Positions 37,643 through 46,624 of a DNA stretch of 64,000 bases are shown here, piece by piece. Both the position numbers and the translations under genes were made by a program. This stretch comes from an uncultured Pseudomonadales bacterium. GTDB taxonomy: Bacteria > Patescibacteriota > Microgenomatia > UBA1400 > RBG-16-45-19. The DNA lies in assembly GCA_964441155.1 (NCBI GenBank), contig CAYYKL010000001.1, positions 24,393 to 88,392 of the forward strand, given 5' to 3'. The notes beneath the pieces were generated by a model. It made no database searches. It worked only from the letters and a program-made list of their open reading frames with translations, and was not told the origin of the DNA. The number at the start of each line of letters is the position of its first letter. Position 1 is the first letter of the stretch.

Positions 37643-38623
37643 TTAGAGAATCCTGGTAAATAGTAGGCTAAGTTTTTTTGGATCGTGGCGCAAAAAGCTT
37701 CTGGGCAAAACGTCACTTTGCGACTTTTCAATCATCGATTCACGAATTAAATCCGCACGAATCACGCGAGAATCACTTTCGAAATCATCTTGAACAGGAA
37801 ACTCTTCAAACTGAGCATAACGCGCTTCAATATCATTTGGGATTGATTTATTGTTAATGATGATCACGTCGAGTGACCTACCAATCTGCTTTTCTAAAAT
37901 CCCCACGTGGTCGCGAGCAGATAGTCCATGCGTTTGACTGCGACGAGTCATAAGGTTTGTGATATACACAAGCTTTGCGCTTGATTCTCGAATTGCTTTG
38001 GCCACACCACCCACCACTAAATTGGCCATTAAGCTTGAATATAAGTCTCCAGGGCTTAACACAATAGTATCTGCACCTAAAAGTGCCGCACGCGCTGGTG
38101 GATGAATGGTTGCCTTGGGAGAGGTGCGAATTCTTTTGACTCTTTTTCCCGAATGCTTGGATTCATCCATAATGTGCTCACCTATTTCAATCGTGCCATC
38201 GGTATACTCGATTACCAGCTGAATGTCCTTGCTGGTTATAGGATAAACAGCACCATGAAGTCGAAATATTTTAGCGGCCACATCGAGAGCTTGCGCTGTG
38301 TTGTCGCACATATCTTGCAGTGCGGTGAGAATCAAATTCCCGAGATTATGACCTTCAAGGCCAGAGCCTTTCGTGAACCGATAGAGTAATAGCTTTTGAA
38401 TCCAATCTTGGTTTTTGCCGTGAGCCATGGCGGCCAATGCCTGGCGCAAATCCCCTACCGGCAAGAATCCGAACTCGTCACGCAAGCGACCGGTTGAACC
38501 ACCTGAATCGGCAACAGTTACCACTGCCTCGAGAGAATAGTTGGGGTGATGTAGCGCGGACAAGGTCACATACGTTCCCGTGCCACCACCCATCACAACG
38601 ATTTTTTTGTTTGATGTATCCAT
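37643..38623 (-). CDS. yvcK: YvcK/CofD-like (UPF0052) gluconeogenesis-factor family protein
   Basis: 326 aa; N-terminal IVVMGGGTGTYVTLSAL; conserved ADSGGSTG block. Confidence 0.8.
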   Translation of the reverse strand: MDTSNKKIVVMGGGTGTYVTLSALHHPNYSLEAVVTVADSGGSTGRLRDEFGFLPVGDLRQALAAMAHGKNQDWIQKLLLYRFTKGSGLEGHNLGNLILTALQDMCDNTAQALDVAAKIFRLHGAVYPITSKDIQLVIEYTDGTIEIGEHIMDESKHSGKRVKRIRTSPKATIHPPARAALLGADTIVLSPGDLYSSLMANLVVGGVAKAIRESSAKLVYITNLMTRRSQTHGLSARDHVGILEKQIGRSLDVIIINNKSIPNDIEARYAQFEEFPVQDDFESDSRVIRADLIRESMIEKSQSDVLPRSFLRHDPKKLSLLFTRIL

Positions 38624-38653
38624 AGCGCAATCTACTTGACCTGTTATAAAGTC

Positions 38654-39829
38654 TTATGCCCTCGATTGCAAGAGTTTCTTGATGTGAGCTTGATCAGACC
38701 AAGGCGTTTCGTGCTTGCCATCCAAGTTCATTGATTGTTCATGACCCTTGCCAAAAATGCCAACGGTATCACCTGCTTTTGCCAATCGATTGATCGCCCA
38801 ATCAATTGCTTCGCCTCGATCTGGAATGGATATGAGTTTATCGTGACCTGTTTTGATCCCTTGCTTCATTTGATAGATAATTGATTCCACGTTTTCGCCC
38901 CTCGGGTCTTCACTGGTCAAAATGACCACGTCTGCAATTTTTGCCCCGATTGAGCCCATTAAAGGTCGCTTGAGGACATCACGCTCCCCAGCAGCTCCGT
39001 AGACGGCAATCAATTTGCCTTGAGTAGAAGCCCGCAATGACCTGAGAGCCGATTCCAGTGCATTGGGCGTGTGAGCGAAGTCCACCACAATCCGAACATT
39101 GCGCGTATTGGGGATTTCTTCCATTCTCCCAGGGATTCCCGCAAAGGATTGCAGACCTTGATCGATAATTGCTTCATCGATATTTAACAGTTTGGCAACC
39201 GTTCGTGCCGCCTGGGCATTGGCTTGGTTATACGATTCCGAAAATTGTTTTTTAATGTACTGCGGCACGTCATCGATGCTATATGAATAAAGCTTTGAAT
39301 GGTTATGCGTGATTGCGCGCATTTGCTCGAAGGAAGCATCGTTGGCATTGAGCGCTGATTGTTTTGATGAGCGAAATAATTTTGATTTAGCCTTTAGATA
39401 GTTGTCGTAGGTTTCATGATAATCCAAATGCTCGTGAGTCACGTTAGTGAGGACACTTACTTCAGGATTAATTCCCAACAAGCGGTGTTGATCAAGTCCA
39501 TGCGATGTCGCTTCTAGTACTACATGGGTGTAACCATCATGTTTAATTTTTTTGAGCAGGCGTTGCAGTGCCCATGGGGTGGGTGAGGTAACGTGAAACC
39601 CGGTGTCGATGTGTTTGTCGCCAATGAAAGCGGCCACGGTGCTAATGAGTGCAACTTTGTATTTTGCTTGCTTGAGGATGGAGTAAATCAGTGTGCTGGT
39701 GGTGGTTTTCCCGTCAGTTCCGGTTACTCCGATGATGGTTAAGCTTTTCGCAGGATTTCCATTAAGTAATAATGCTACAGAAGCATTAATGAAATGGCCG
39801 ATATTTTTTAGGGATTGAAGCGTAGGCAT
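38654..39829 (-). CDS. murE: Mur ligase family protein, MurE-like (lacks the usual N-terminal UDP-binding domain)
   Basis: 391 aa. P-loop GVTGTDGKTTTS ~30 aa from the N-terminus; C-terminal EDPRGE resembles the MurE DNPR motif. Positioned directly after ftsI. Confidence 0.65.
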   Translation of the reverse strand: MPTLQSLKNIGHFINASVALLLNGNPAKSLTIIGVTGTDGKTTTSTLIYSILKQAKYKVALISTVAAFIGDKHIDTGFHVTSPTPWALQRLLKKIKHDGYTHVVLEATSHGLDQHRLLGINPEVSVLTNVTHEHLDYHETYDNYLKAKSKLFRSSKQSALNANDASFEQMRAITHNHSKLYSYSIDDVPQYIKKQFSESYNQANAQAARTVAKLLNIDEAIIDQGLQSFAGIPGRMEEIPNTRNVRIVVDFAHTPNALESALRSLRASTQGKLIAVYGAAGERDVLKRPLMGSIGAKIADVVILTSEDPRGENVESIIYQMKQGIKTGHDKLISIPDRGEAIDWAINRLAKAGDTVGIFGKGHEQSMNLDGKHETPWSDQAHIKKLLQSRA

Positions 39830-39841
39830 ACTGCCCTGTCA

Positions 39842-41629
39842 TTATATGCCATCTTGTGCATTTGCATCCAAATGATTAAACACATCTTTAACCAGGCCAA
39901 ACCATAAGGGTGCCGCGGTTTCGCTTGCCCACTGTGAGGCTTGCGGTTCGCGAAGTTTTACGAGCATCACAAATTGCGGATCGTCATAGGGGGCAAAGCC
40001 GATGAATGACGCCATGGTTTTCTCGGCATCGTAGTATCCGGCAATGGGGATTTGAGCCGTACCTGTTTTTCCCGCCAGCTTGAAACCTTTGGGAACAGCG
40101 AACTTGGCTTCACCTTCTTCTCCGGCTGCGCGCAACATCAAAGCCACTTTTTCTGCAGCCTCTTTGCTAATGGGCTTGTTCACAATTTTTGGCTTTATGT
40201 CAATTTCACCCTGTTCTGCCAGCACGGTATCTACAACCTGCGGTTGCATCATAACCCCTTCGTTGGCGATTGCCCCCATGGCTTGCACCATTTGGATTGA
40301 AGTCACTGCCAGTCCTTGGCCAAAGGAGCCCGTGGCTAAATCAATATCTCCCCATTTTTCACGAAATTGCGGCACTGTTTCTCCTTCTAGATCGATGCTC
40401 GTCGCTTGTCCAAACCCAAAATCATCCAAATACTGCTCAAATTTGTCTTTGCCTAATTTTTGAGCAGCGAAAATCATACCAGTGTTATCAGAGCGTCTGA
40501 GCACTTCGGTCATGTTCAAGTTGGGATGATATTCGTTATTCCAAGTTTTTATGGTGTATTTACCAATGGTCACCGGACCATTACAGGTCGAGTCACAGGT
40601 GGTATCCGGTTCAACCACTCCTTCATTGATTGCTGCAGCCATCACCAGAGCTTTAAAGGTACTCCCTGGCTCATAGGCATCAGCAATCGAACCCAAGCGG
40701 TAGTGTTCAGGTTCATAGAGTTTGTGACGGGAAGGATCATATGAAGGAAATGATGCCATGCTTAAAATGGCTCCGTCACTTGGGCGCATAATAACCACTT
40801 CACCGCTAACTGCTTGATAACGCTCAATCCCTTTTTGCAATTCTCGCTCCACGATTAATTGCAACCCTCGGTTTAAGTGTGTTTTAAGCGACCTTCCGTG
40901 TCGCACGCCAACTGTTTCAAAGTCACCTACGGTTATGGGATTTCCCAGAGCATCCCGTTCTTGACTTAAAAGCCCATCTTTGCCTCGAAGTTCTAAATCA
41001 TACTCACCTTCTAAGCCAAAATATCCCTCAGGTAAGCCCGTTCCATCTGAGCCCACAAATCCTAATAGTTGCGCTGCCATTGATGCTTCAGGATAGGCTC
41101 TGACTTGATATTCATCAAACCCAATGCCTTTTATGCTTAAGTTAGTAATCGCTGTTTTGGTGGCTTCATTTACTCGCTGACTCAACGGGATCCAGCTAGT
41201 TTTGGGATTAGTGAGCTTGGCACTTAACGTAGCTCCAGTTAGCTCGGTCAATTGAACGGCTAATTCAGCGCTTGGCGTTGCTCCCAAATCCAGCGCATTA
41301 GGTGCAAGCAAGACTTTAAGCTTGTCAACCAGGTCCAGTGGTGCAATCTCAAGATCAGGTGTATAGGCGAAGACCAAATACGCTGGTTGATTGGTGACTA
41401 AGGGAAATCCATCGCTACTTAAAATCTCTCCGCGCATAGCAGGAATGGTAACTCTAGATTGCCGTTGCAGCGTTGCCAGTGTCTGCAACCTGCCATGAGC
41501 CAACACTTGCCAATAAAACAGCCTGCCCAAAACGACGAATAAAAAAAGGAGAAATCCTATATGGATGACATGGATCCGGCTAAATTTCACGATGTTTTTC
41601 AAGTATAACGGTTTACTCAATTGAAGCAA
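39842..41629 (-). CDS. ftsI: class B penicillin-binding protein (transpeptidase) FtsI/PBP2-like
   Basis: N-terminal TM segment, a dimerisation domain, and transpeptidase motifs STFK, SDN and KTGT. Confidence 0.85.
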   Translation of the reverse strand: MLQLSKPLYLKNIVKFSRIHVIHIGFLLFLFVVLGRLFYWQVLAHGRLQTLATLQRQSRVTIPAMRGEILSSDGFPLVTNQPAYLVFAYTPDLEIAPLDLVDKLKVLLAPNALDLGATPSAELAVQLTELTGATLSAKLTNPKTSWIPLSQRVNEATKTAITNLSIKGIGFDEYQVRAYPEASMAAQLLGFVGSDGTGLPEGYFGLEGEYDLELRGKDGLLSQERDALGNPITVGDFETVGVRHGRSLKTHLNRGLQLIVERELQKGIERYQAVSGEVVIMRPSDGAILSMASFPSYDPSRHKLYEPEHYRLGSIADAYEPGSTFKALVMAAAINEGVVEPDTTCDSTCNGPVTIGKYTIKTWNNEYHPNLNMTEVLRRSDNTGMIFAAQKLGKDKFEQYLDDFGFGQATSIDLEGETVPQFREKWGDIDLATGSFGQGLAVTSIQMVQAMGAIANEGVMMQPQVVDTVLAEQGEIDIKPKIVNKPISKEAAEKVALMLRAAGEEGEAKFAVPKGFKLAGKTGTAQIPIAGYYDAEKTMASFIGFAPYDDPQFVMLVKLREPQASQWASETAAPLWFGLVKDVFNHLDANAQDGI

Positions 41630-41927
41630 CGTTGCCAGTTTGCAAGTTAAGATAGGTTACATCAGCATTGAAACCTTGATTAAGGGCTTCTTGCTCAAGG
41701 GTGTGCAGCGAACCACTTTTATGCAAATACGTTTCTAATTGCTGGTTTTGTAATTCAAGCGTTTCGGTTTGACTTTGCACATTCTTTAAATGAATTCCCA
41801 AATTCGACAAGCGGGTGGTCAAAAACACGTTTGCCAAAACAAGCATGCCCACTCCACAACAAATAGTAAAAAGAATGAGCTTAAGATGATGTTTCGGTTG
41901 GTCTGGTTCGGTGTGGTGGTGTCTCAT
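41613..41927 (-). CDS. FtsL-like small bitopic division protein
   Basis: 104 aa with one TM segment followed by a coiled coil (LELQNQQLETYL). The position between rsmH and ftsI supports the call. Confidence 0.55.
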   Translation of the reverse strand: MRHHHTEPDQPKHHLKLILFTICCGVGMLVLANVFLTTRLSNLGIHLKNVQSQTETLELQNQQLETYLHKSGSLHTLEQEALNQGFNADVTYLNLQTGNVASIE

Positions 41928-42808
41928 AGTTTTTCAATAATTCTCAAGCGGGCGCTTCTTGAGCGTGGGTTTTTTATAATTTCTTCTCTTGAGGCCGCAA
42001 GAGGTTTTTTTGTAATTGCTAAGGCTTTTTTTTCGGTAACTGCCTGGGACATAAAATTTTTGACCAGGCGGTCTTCGGTTTCATGGAACGCAATAACCAC
42101 GAGCCTGCCGCCCGCATCAAGTAATTGCAGTGCTTGAGGCAGTGCTGCCTTCAAATGCTCCATTTCTTGATTCACTTCCATGCGCAGTGCTTGAAACGTC
42201 TTGGTTGCCGGGTGAATCGAATCGTGGCGCGAGTTCGATATGCCCTCGATTAAATGTGCCAACTCAAGTGTGGTTTCGATCGGCTTTTCACTCCGTTTCT
42301 CCACAATTGAGCGAGCAATGGAACGAGCATTTCGTTCCTGGCTATGTAATGTTAAAAGTGCAAACAATTCGTCTTCGCTAAACGTATTCACGATGTGGGC
42401 AGCGGTGATTTCTGCCTGCTGGTCCATGCGCATGTCAAGCTTTGACTGCGCTTGAAACGAGAACCCTCTTTCTGACGTATCAAGCTGCAAGCTCGATACG
42501 CCTAAGTCCATTAAGATGCCAGATACTTGATCAACTTCATTTTCTCGTGCTAAAGCATCGAGATGGTTAAAGTTGCCATAAACAGGCACAAAATGGTTAT
42601 CGTTAATGATGCTTCTGACATACGCTAATATCTCCTGATCGCAATCAATACCTAAGACCCGTCCACCTCGTTTTAAGATCTCTTGCGTGTGGCCGCCGGC
42701 TCCGAGTGTGGCATCGACATACCACTTGTTTGCTTGAACCGCCAATGCTTCAATCGCTTCTTCTAATAACACCGGTATATGCGGTCGATCTTCTCGTTTG
42801 TTATTCAT
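41924..42808 (-). CDS. rsmH: 16S rRNA (cytosine1402-N4)-methyltransferase
   Basis: 294 aa. N-terminal HIPVLLEE, the SAM motif DATLGAGGH; canonical position after mraZ. Confidence 0.9.
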   Translation of the reverse strand: MNNKREDRPHIPVLLEEAIEALAVQANKWYVDATLGAGGHTQEILKRGGRVLGIDCDQEILAYVRSIINDNHFVPVYGNFNHLDALARENEVDQVSGILMDLGVSSLQLDTSERGFSFQAQSKLDMRMDQQAEITAAHIVNTFSEDELFALLTLHSQERNARSIARSIVEKRSEKPIETTLELAHLIEGISNSRHDSIHPATKTFQALRMEVNQEMEHLKAALPQALQLLDAGGRLVVIAFHETEDRLVKNFMSQAVTEKKALAITKKPLAASREEIIKNPRSRSARLRIIEKL

Positions 42809-43235
42809 GTTTAGTTTCTATTCCTTCGACGATCGACTCAACATTGGCCGAAACGTGCTCGAGATAACGGTGATAGGTATCTTGATCCCAAATTTCGACC
42901 CGGTTTAATGAGCCAACTACCACTATTCTTTTGCTTAAGTGAGCAAACTGTTGCATGTAATCTGGAATCAAAATCCGTCCCAGACTGTCGGGCTCACTCA
43001 AAACGGCAGTGTTACTCAAATATCGGGCCCAATCACGACTTTTTTTGGTGGTAAGTGGTTGCTTGGCCACCGTGCTCACCGTTGCTTCCCACTCAAGTTT
43101 GCTAAACAGAAACAAGCAACCTTCAAGCCCTTGGGTGAGAACAGGCTCTTTTCCCAACGAATCGCGAAATGATTTAGGTACCGACAGGCGACCTTTTTGT
43201 TCAAGTGCGTGGTAGTAGCGGCCGATTAAATACAT
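42801..43235 (-). CDS. mraZ: transcriptional regulator MraZ
   Basis: 144 aa with two tandem DXXXR-containing MraZ repeats (GRLSVPKSFRD and GRILIPDYMQQ). Confidence 0.9.
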   Translation of the reverse strand: MYLIGRYYHALEQKGRLSVPKSFRDSLGKEPVLTQGLEGCLFLFSKLEWEATVSTVAKQPLTTKKSRDWARYLSNTAVLSEPDSLGRILIPDYMQQFAHLSKRIVVVGSLNRVEIWDQDTYHRYLEHVSANVESIVEGIETKHE

Positions 43236-43246
43236 ACTATAAGTTT

Positions 43247-43275
43247 CTTTACCACTTTATACCACTCATCTTTGT
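43247..43275 (-). promoter_or_regulatory. MraZ-box-like direct repeats in the mraZ 5' region
   Basis: The minus strand reads GAGTGGTATA-AAGTGGTAAA: two AGTGG cores spaced 10 nt apart, ~16 nt upstream of the mraZ ATG. This resembles the GTG-containing direct-repeat operators bound by MraZ. Confidence 0.3.
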
Positions 43276-43544
43276 CTAGTAAACACCCATGAACGGTCGA
43301 GCGCAACGAGAAAAATACCCGAATATACGAGGAATAAAATCATTTCTGCTTAAAAAAATTGCGACCGAAAATATTGTTCGAGGCAGAATTAACGAGAACT
43401 TTGGTAGACTAATTTCTAGTCCTCCCTCACAAACATCTCGCTTGATCACCAGCTTTGGAAAACTACAAACTTCTCATTTCATTCGAAGAATATTCTTTGC
43501 AATGGGAAATTGACAACAGACGCGCTCGCACGCGAAGTATTGAA

Positions 43545-44354
43545 TTATTTCAACACCACAAATGATTGATATGTTGTCGTATTGGCTGTGATCGATCGAC
43601 CAGAGACTTCAGCCTCAATTTCTTGCCACTCTACTCCATCCCAGCCCAAAAGCTTGGCAGTTGAGCTCTCCTCGCTGGCACGAAAGGTCAAGTTGACATT
43701 GGCCTCAGGAAGACTTCCCACGCCTCTGAAAAGGTAGGGGCCGGCAATGACATCACCATCAAGCTCTCCGGGATACCCCGGGCTTTTCATGACCACAATT
43801 TTGCTGGTTTGATACGGCTTATCGAGCTTAACTTGAAAAAATCCGTCGCTGGTAGAAAATTCCGTGTATGATTTTTCCGCATCACTATACCGCCAGGATT
43901 CCTTGAGAGCATAATCTTCGTCTTCGAAGTTTAGGGTATAGGTACCGCCAATGACGTCTTCATGGTAGGTAATGTGCCCGCCCGCTGACTTGGATCCCAA
44001 AAATATTTCTTCTTTTTGCAAATCACTTGTCAGGGGAAATTCTTTTAGGACAGCGTCCATAACACCTTTATTGCGATCATATTCCAAAACCACTTCAACT
44101 GTTTCAGCTGCTTTTTTGCGCTCGTGGATGACCATCTGGAGTTTATTTCTATCTGCCAGAGGAATAATTTCAACATAGGGGCGATCTTCAATCGCGATCA
44201 AATTTACTGGAGCTTGCACTTTCTTAGGTTGTTGCACTTGCTCTGTTGGTTTGTTGCCTCGCGATCGCATCCACATAAAGCCCACCAAACCGACCACCAC
44301 CAAAACAATAATTCCCACTAGTGCCATCGGCTTATTATTATTGTTCTTTTTCAT
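43545..44354 (-). CDS. hypothetical membrane-anchored protein with an extracytoplasmic domain
   Basis: 269 aa with a single N-terminal TM segment (MALVGIIVLVVVGLVGFMWM); no recognisable catalytic motif. Confidence 0.6.
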   Translation of the reverse strand: MKKNNNNKPMALVGIIVLVVVGLVGFMWMRSRGNKPTEQVQQPKKVQAPVNLIAIEDRPYVEIIPLADRNKLQMVIHERKKAAETVEVVLEYDRNKGVMDAVLKEFPLTSDLQKEEIFLGSKSAGGHITYHEDVIGGTYTLNFEDEDYALKESWRYSDAEKSYTEFSTSDGFFQVKLDKPYQTSKIVVMKSPGYPGELDGDVIAGPYLFRGVGSLPEANVNLTFRASEESSTAKLLGWDGVEWQEIEAEVSGRSITANTTTYQSFVVLK

Positions 44355-44455
44355 GGGAACAGCTCCAAATCAAATTTCTACTACCAAGGACCAGGATACC
44401 AAAGGAACAGCGCACTCACAACTTAAACAATGCTTTCCACCTGAATGCAATTATC

Positions 44456-45856
44456 TTACCTCTTCATTTTCTGGGTTAAATAGTCGATGAGCTTTTCCAC
44501 GCCAACTCGCTCTTGCTTGGTCGTGTCGCGATAGCGCACGGTGACACTCTCGTCAGAAAGCGAATCAAAATCAATGGTCACGCAAAAAGGCGTACCTATT
44601 TCATCCTGATACAAATATCGCTTGCCAATATTGCCTCGATCATCCCAAGTGGTGCGGAAATCTTTCTTAAGTGACGCATACACGTCTCGAGCTTTGGCAA
44701 CTAACTCCGGTTTATTTTTAAGCAGCGGGAATACGGCCACTTGATGAGGCGCAAGGCTTGGTTTAATCTTGAGTACAATTCGATTGTTCTCGGAATCTTC
44801 CCAATAAGCGTTGGTGAGCACCATCAAAAAGGCTCGGCCAATCCCCAGTGCCGGCTCAATCACATGCGGCACAAAGATATTGTTAGTCTGTGGATCACGA
44901 TATTCAAGCTTCGTGCCTGATGCTGTTGCGTGAGCATTGAGATCAAAGTCAGTGCGATAAGCAACTCCCCACAGTTCCTTCCATCCAAACGAAAATTCGT
45001 AATCCAAGTCATAGGTGTCTTTGCTATAGTGACTGCGCTCTTTATCAGTGTGTTGTCGCCATCTGAGCGATTGCTCATCGACTCCCAAAGTATTAGTTAC
45101 AAAGCTCCACATCGCCTGTTTCCACTGCTCAAATAGTTCTTGCCAAACACTTGATTGCGGATCAAAGAAGTATTCAATTTCTGCTTGTTCAAGTTCCAGA
45201 GTGCGGAAAATAAATTGTCCCGTAGTAATTTCGTTCCGAAAACTTTTACCCATTTGACCTATACCAAAGGGCAACTGAACGCGAGTGGAATCCAGCACTT
45301 GCTTAAAGTTGGTGAAAATCCCTTGAGCGGTCTCACCTCGCAAGTAGATTTTTGACTTGTCTCCTGAGACCGCACCAATAGAGCTTTCAAAAAGCAAGTT
45401 AAAGGTTTTCGGTTCGGTTAAGGGATTTCCTTCAGGACTCATTATTCGATGATCGAGCATAAGTTGCTTCATTTCATCGAGCGTCATATTTTCAACTACC
45501 AGATTTTTAAGTGAATCCTCTGCTTGCTTTTGCAACCATGCTTCAATTACATGGTCGGCACGATAGCGTTTTTTGGTTTTGGTGTCTTCAACCAACGGAT
45601 CAGAAAACGAAGCGACATGTCCTGAAGCTACCCAAGTTTGCGGGTGCAATAGAATTTGAGAATCTAGCCCCACCATATCTTCACGCTGCTCCACAAATAC
45701 CTGCCACCACGCATCACGGATGTTTTTTAATAGCTGTGCTCCAAGCGGACCGTAATCGTAACTATTTGCCAAGCCTCCATATATTTCGGAGGTTGGATAC
45801 ACAAATCCTCGGCGTTTAGCGAGAGCCACAATTTGATCTAGCGTTGGTTTTGACAT
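44456..45856 (-). CDS. glyQS: glycine--tRNA ligase, dimeric class II (GlyQS type)
   Basis: The likely start is MSKPTLDQIVALAKRRGFVYPTSEIYGG at 45856, and the ORF's extension upstream of this start would run through the leader. Class II motifs and a C-terminal anticodon-binding domain. Confidence 0.9.
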   Translation of the reverse strand: MSKPTLDQIVALAKRRGFVYPTSEIYGGLANSYDYGPLGAQLLKNIRDAWWQVFVEQREDMVGLDSQILLHPQTWVASGHVASFSDPLVEDTKTKKRYRADHVIEAWLQKQAEDSLKNLVVENMTLDEMKQLMLDHRIMSPEGNPLTEPKTFNLLFESSIGAVSGDKSKIYLRGETAQGIFTNFKQVLDSTRVQLPFGIGQMGKSFRNEITTGQFIFRTLELEQAEIEYFFDPQSSVWQELFEQWKQAMWSFVTNTLGVDEQSLRWRQHTDKERSHYSKDTYDLDYEFSFGWKELWGVAYRTDFDLNAHATASGTKLEYRDPQTNNIFVPHVIEPALGIGRAFLMVLTNAYWEDSENNRIVLKIKPSLAPHQVAVFPLLKNKPELVAKARDVYASLKKDFRTTWDDRGNIGKRYLYQDEIGTPFCVTIDFDSLSDESVTVRYRDTTKQERVGVEKLIDYLTQKMKR

Positions 45857-46075
45857 ATTTTTCCTTTTCTTGTCATCCTTGCGTAAAATAAGGATGACAC
45901 TAAAAAACCGTCCTTCATACAAAAACGCTCTACGTTTATTGTACAAGGGACGGCTCTGTATATTCGAGTCGCGGTTCCACCCTCGTTCCTTTTGCTTTAT
46001 AAAGCAAAAGACTCTTTGTCTTCACTTGTTTTTTCCGCTTGCCAAAGACGGACTATATTAGTGCAATTCTAAATT
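45857..46075 (-). promoter_or_regulatory. T-box riboswitch leader (Gly) with intrinsic terminator upstream of glyQS
   Basis: The minus-strand RNA contains AACGAGGGUGGAACCGCGAC (plus-strand ~45968-45987), a near-consensus T-box. Antiterminator: A1 ACGAGGG/CCCUUGU and a 7-nt bulge UGGAACC whose A matches the tRNA-Gly discriminator U73. A mutually exclusive terminator follows: CCGUCC...GGACGG plus U6 (plus-strand ~45902-45953). A GGCA candidate specifier and a perfect 22-nt palindrome (CUUUUGCUUUAUAAAGCAAAAG, Stem III-like) lie upstream. Confidence 0.6.
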
Positions 46076-46621
46076 TTATTGATGAATAGTCAAGTAGGCT
46101 TTGGAGCGCAGGGAGTGCGCTGCCAGTTCTTCAATGTATTCCTTGAGTGAGGTTTCGCTAAACTGTTTGTCATGGGTAAAGCCCAAGAATTGCAACAGCA
46201 ACCGAAATTGCTCTAACATCACACTCTTGCCAACCTGAGCTTGTGCCAATTGATCCAACATCTGGCTCAAGTGCGTGAAAACATATTCATTTTCTTCATG
46301 CTCCACCGTCAGCGCATCAATAATTTCCAAGACTTGATGAGCCTTAACCAGTGTTTGCAAGTTAGTGCTCAAATACGGCCGACTACAAATAAGCTGGCAT
46401 TGTGTGAGCAGGGTAAACCCCTTAGTGGTTACAAATTGAAAACGAGCTTGCGTGCCGGGTTCCAGCAAACTTCGCTTGCTCGAGTTTAAGCGTCTAGCTC
46501 CCTTTGCAACAGCCGTTACTTTGCCCAAAGCATCGGTATAAACGGTCACCATGCGATCAGCTTCTCCCCAATTCCGGCGTTTCAATACAATTCCTTGGCA
46601 AGAAAATGACTTAGAGGGCAT
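46076..46621 (-). CDS. recO: DNA repair protein RecO (short form)
   Basis: 181 aa. N-terminal OB-fold block GIVLKRRNWGEADRMVTVYT; no C-terminal Zn finger. Confidence 0.8.
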   Translation of the reverse strand: MPSKSFSCQGIVLKRRNWGEADRMVTVYTDALGKVTAVAKGARRLNSSKRSLLEPGTQARFQFVTTKGFTLLTQCQLICSRPYLSTNLQTLVKAHQVLEIIDALTVEHEENEYVFTHLSQMLDQLAQAQVGKSVMLEQFRLLLQFLGFTHDKQFSETSLKEYIEELAAHSLRSKAYLTIHQ

Positions 46622-46624
46622 AGG

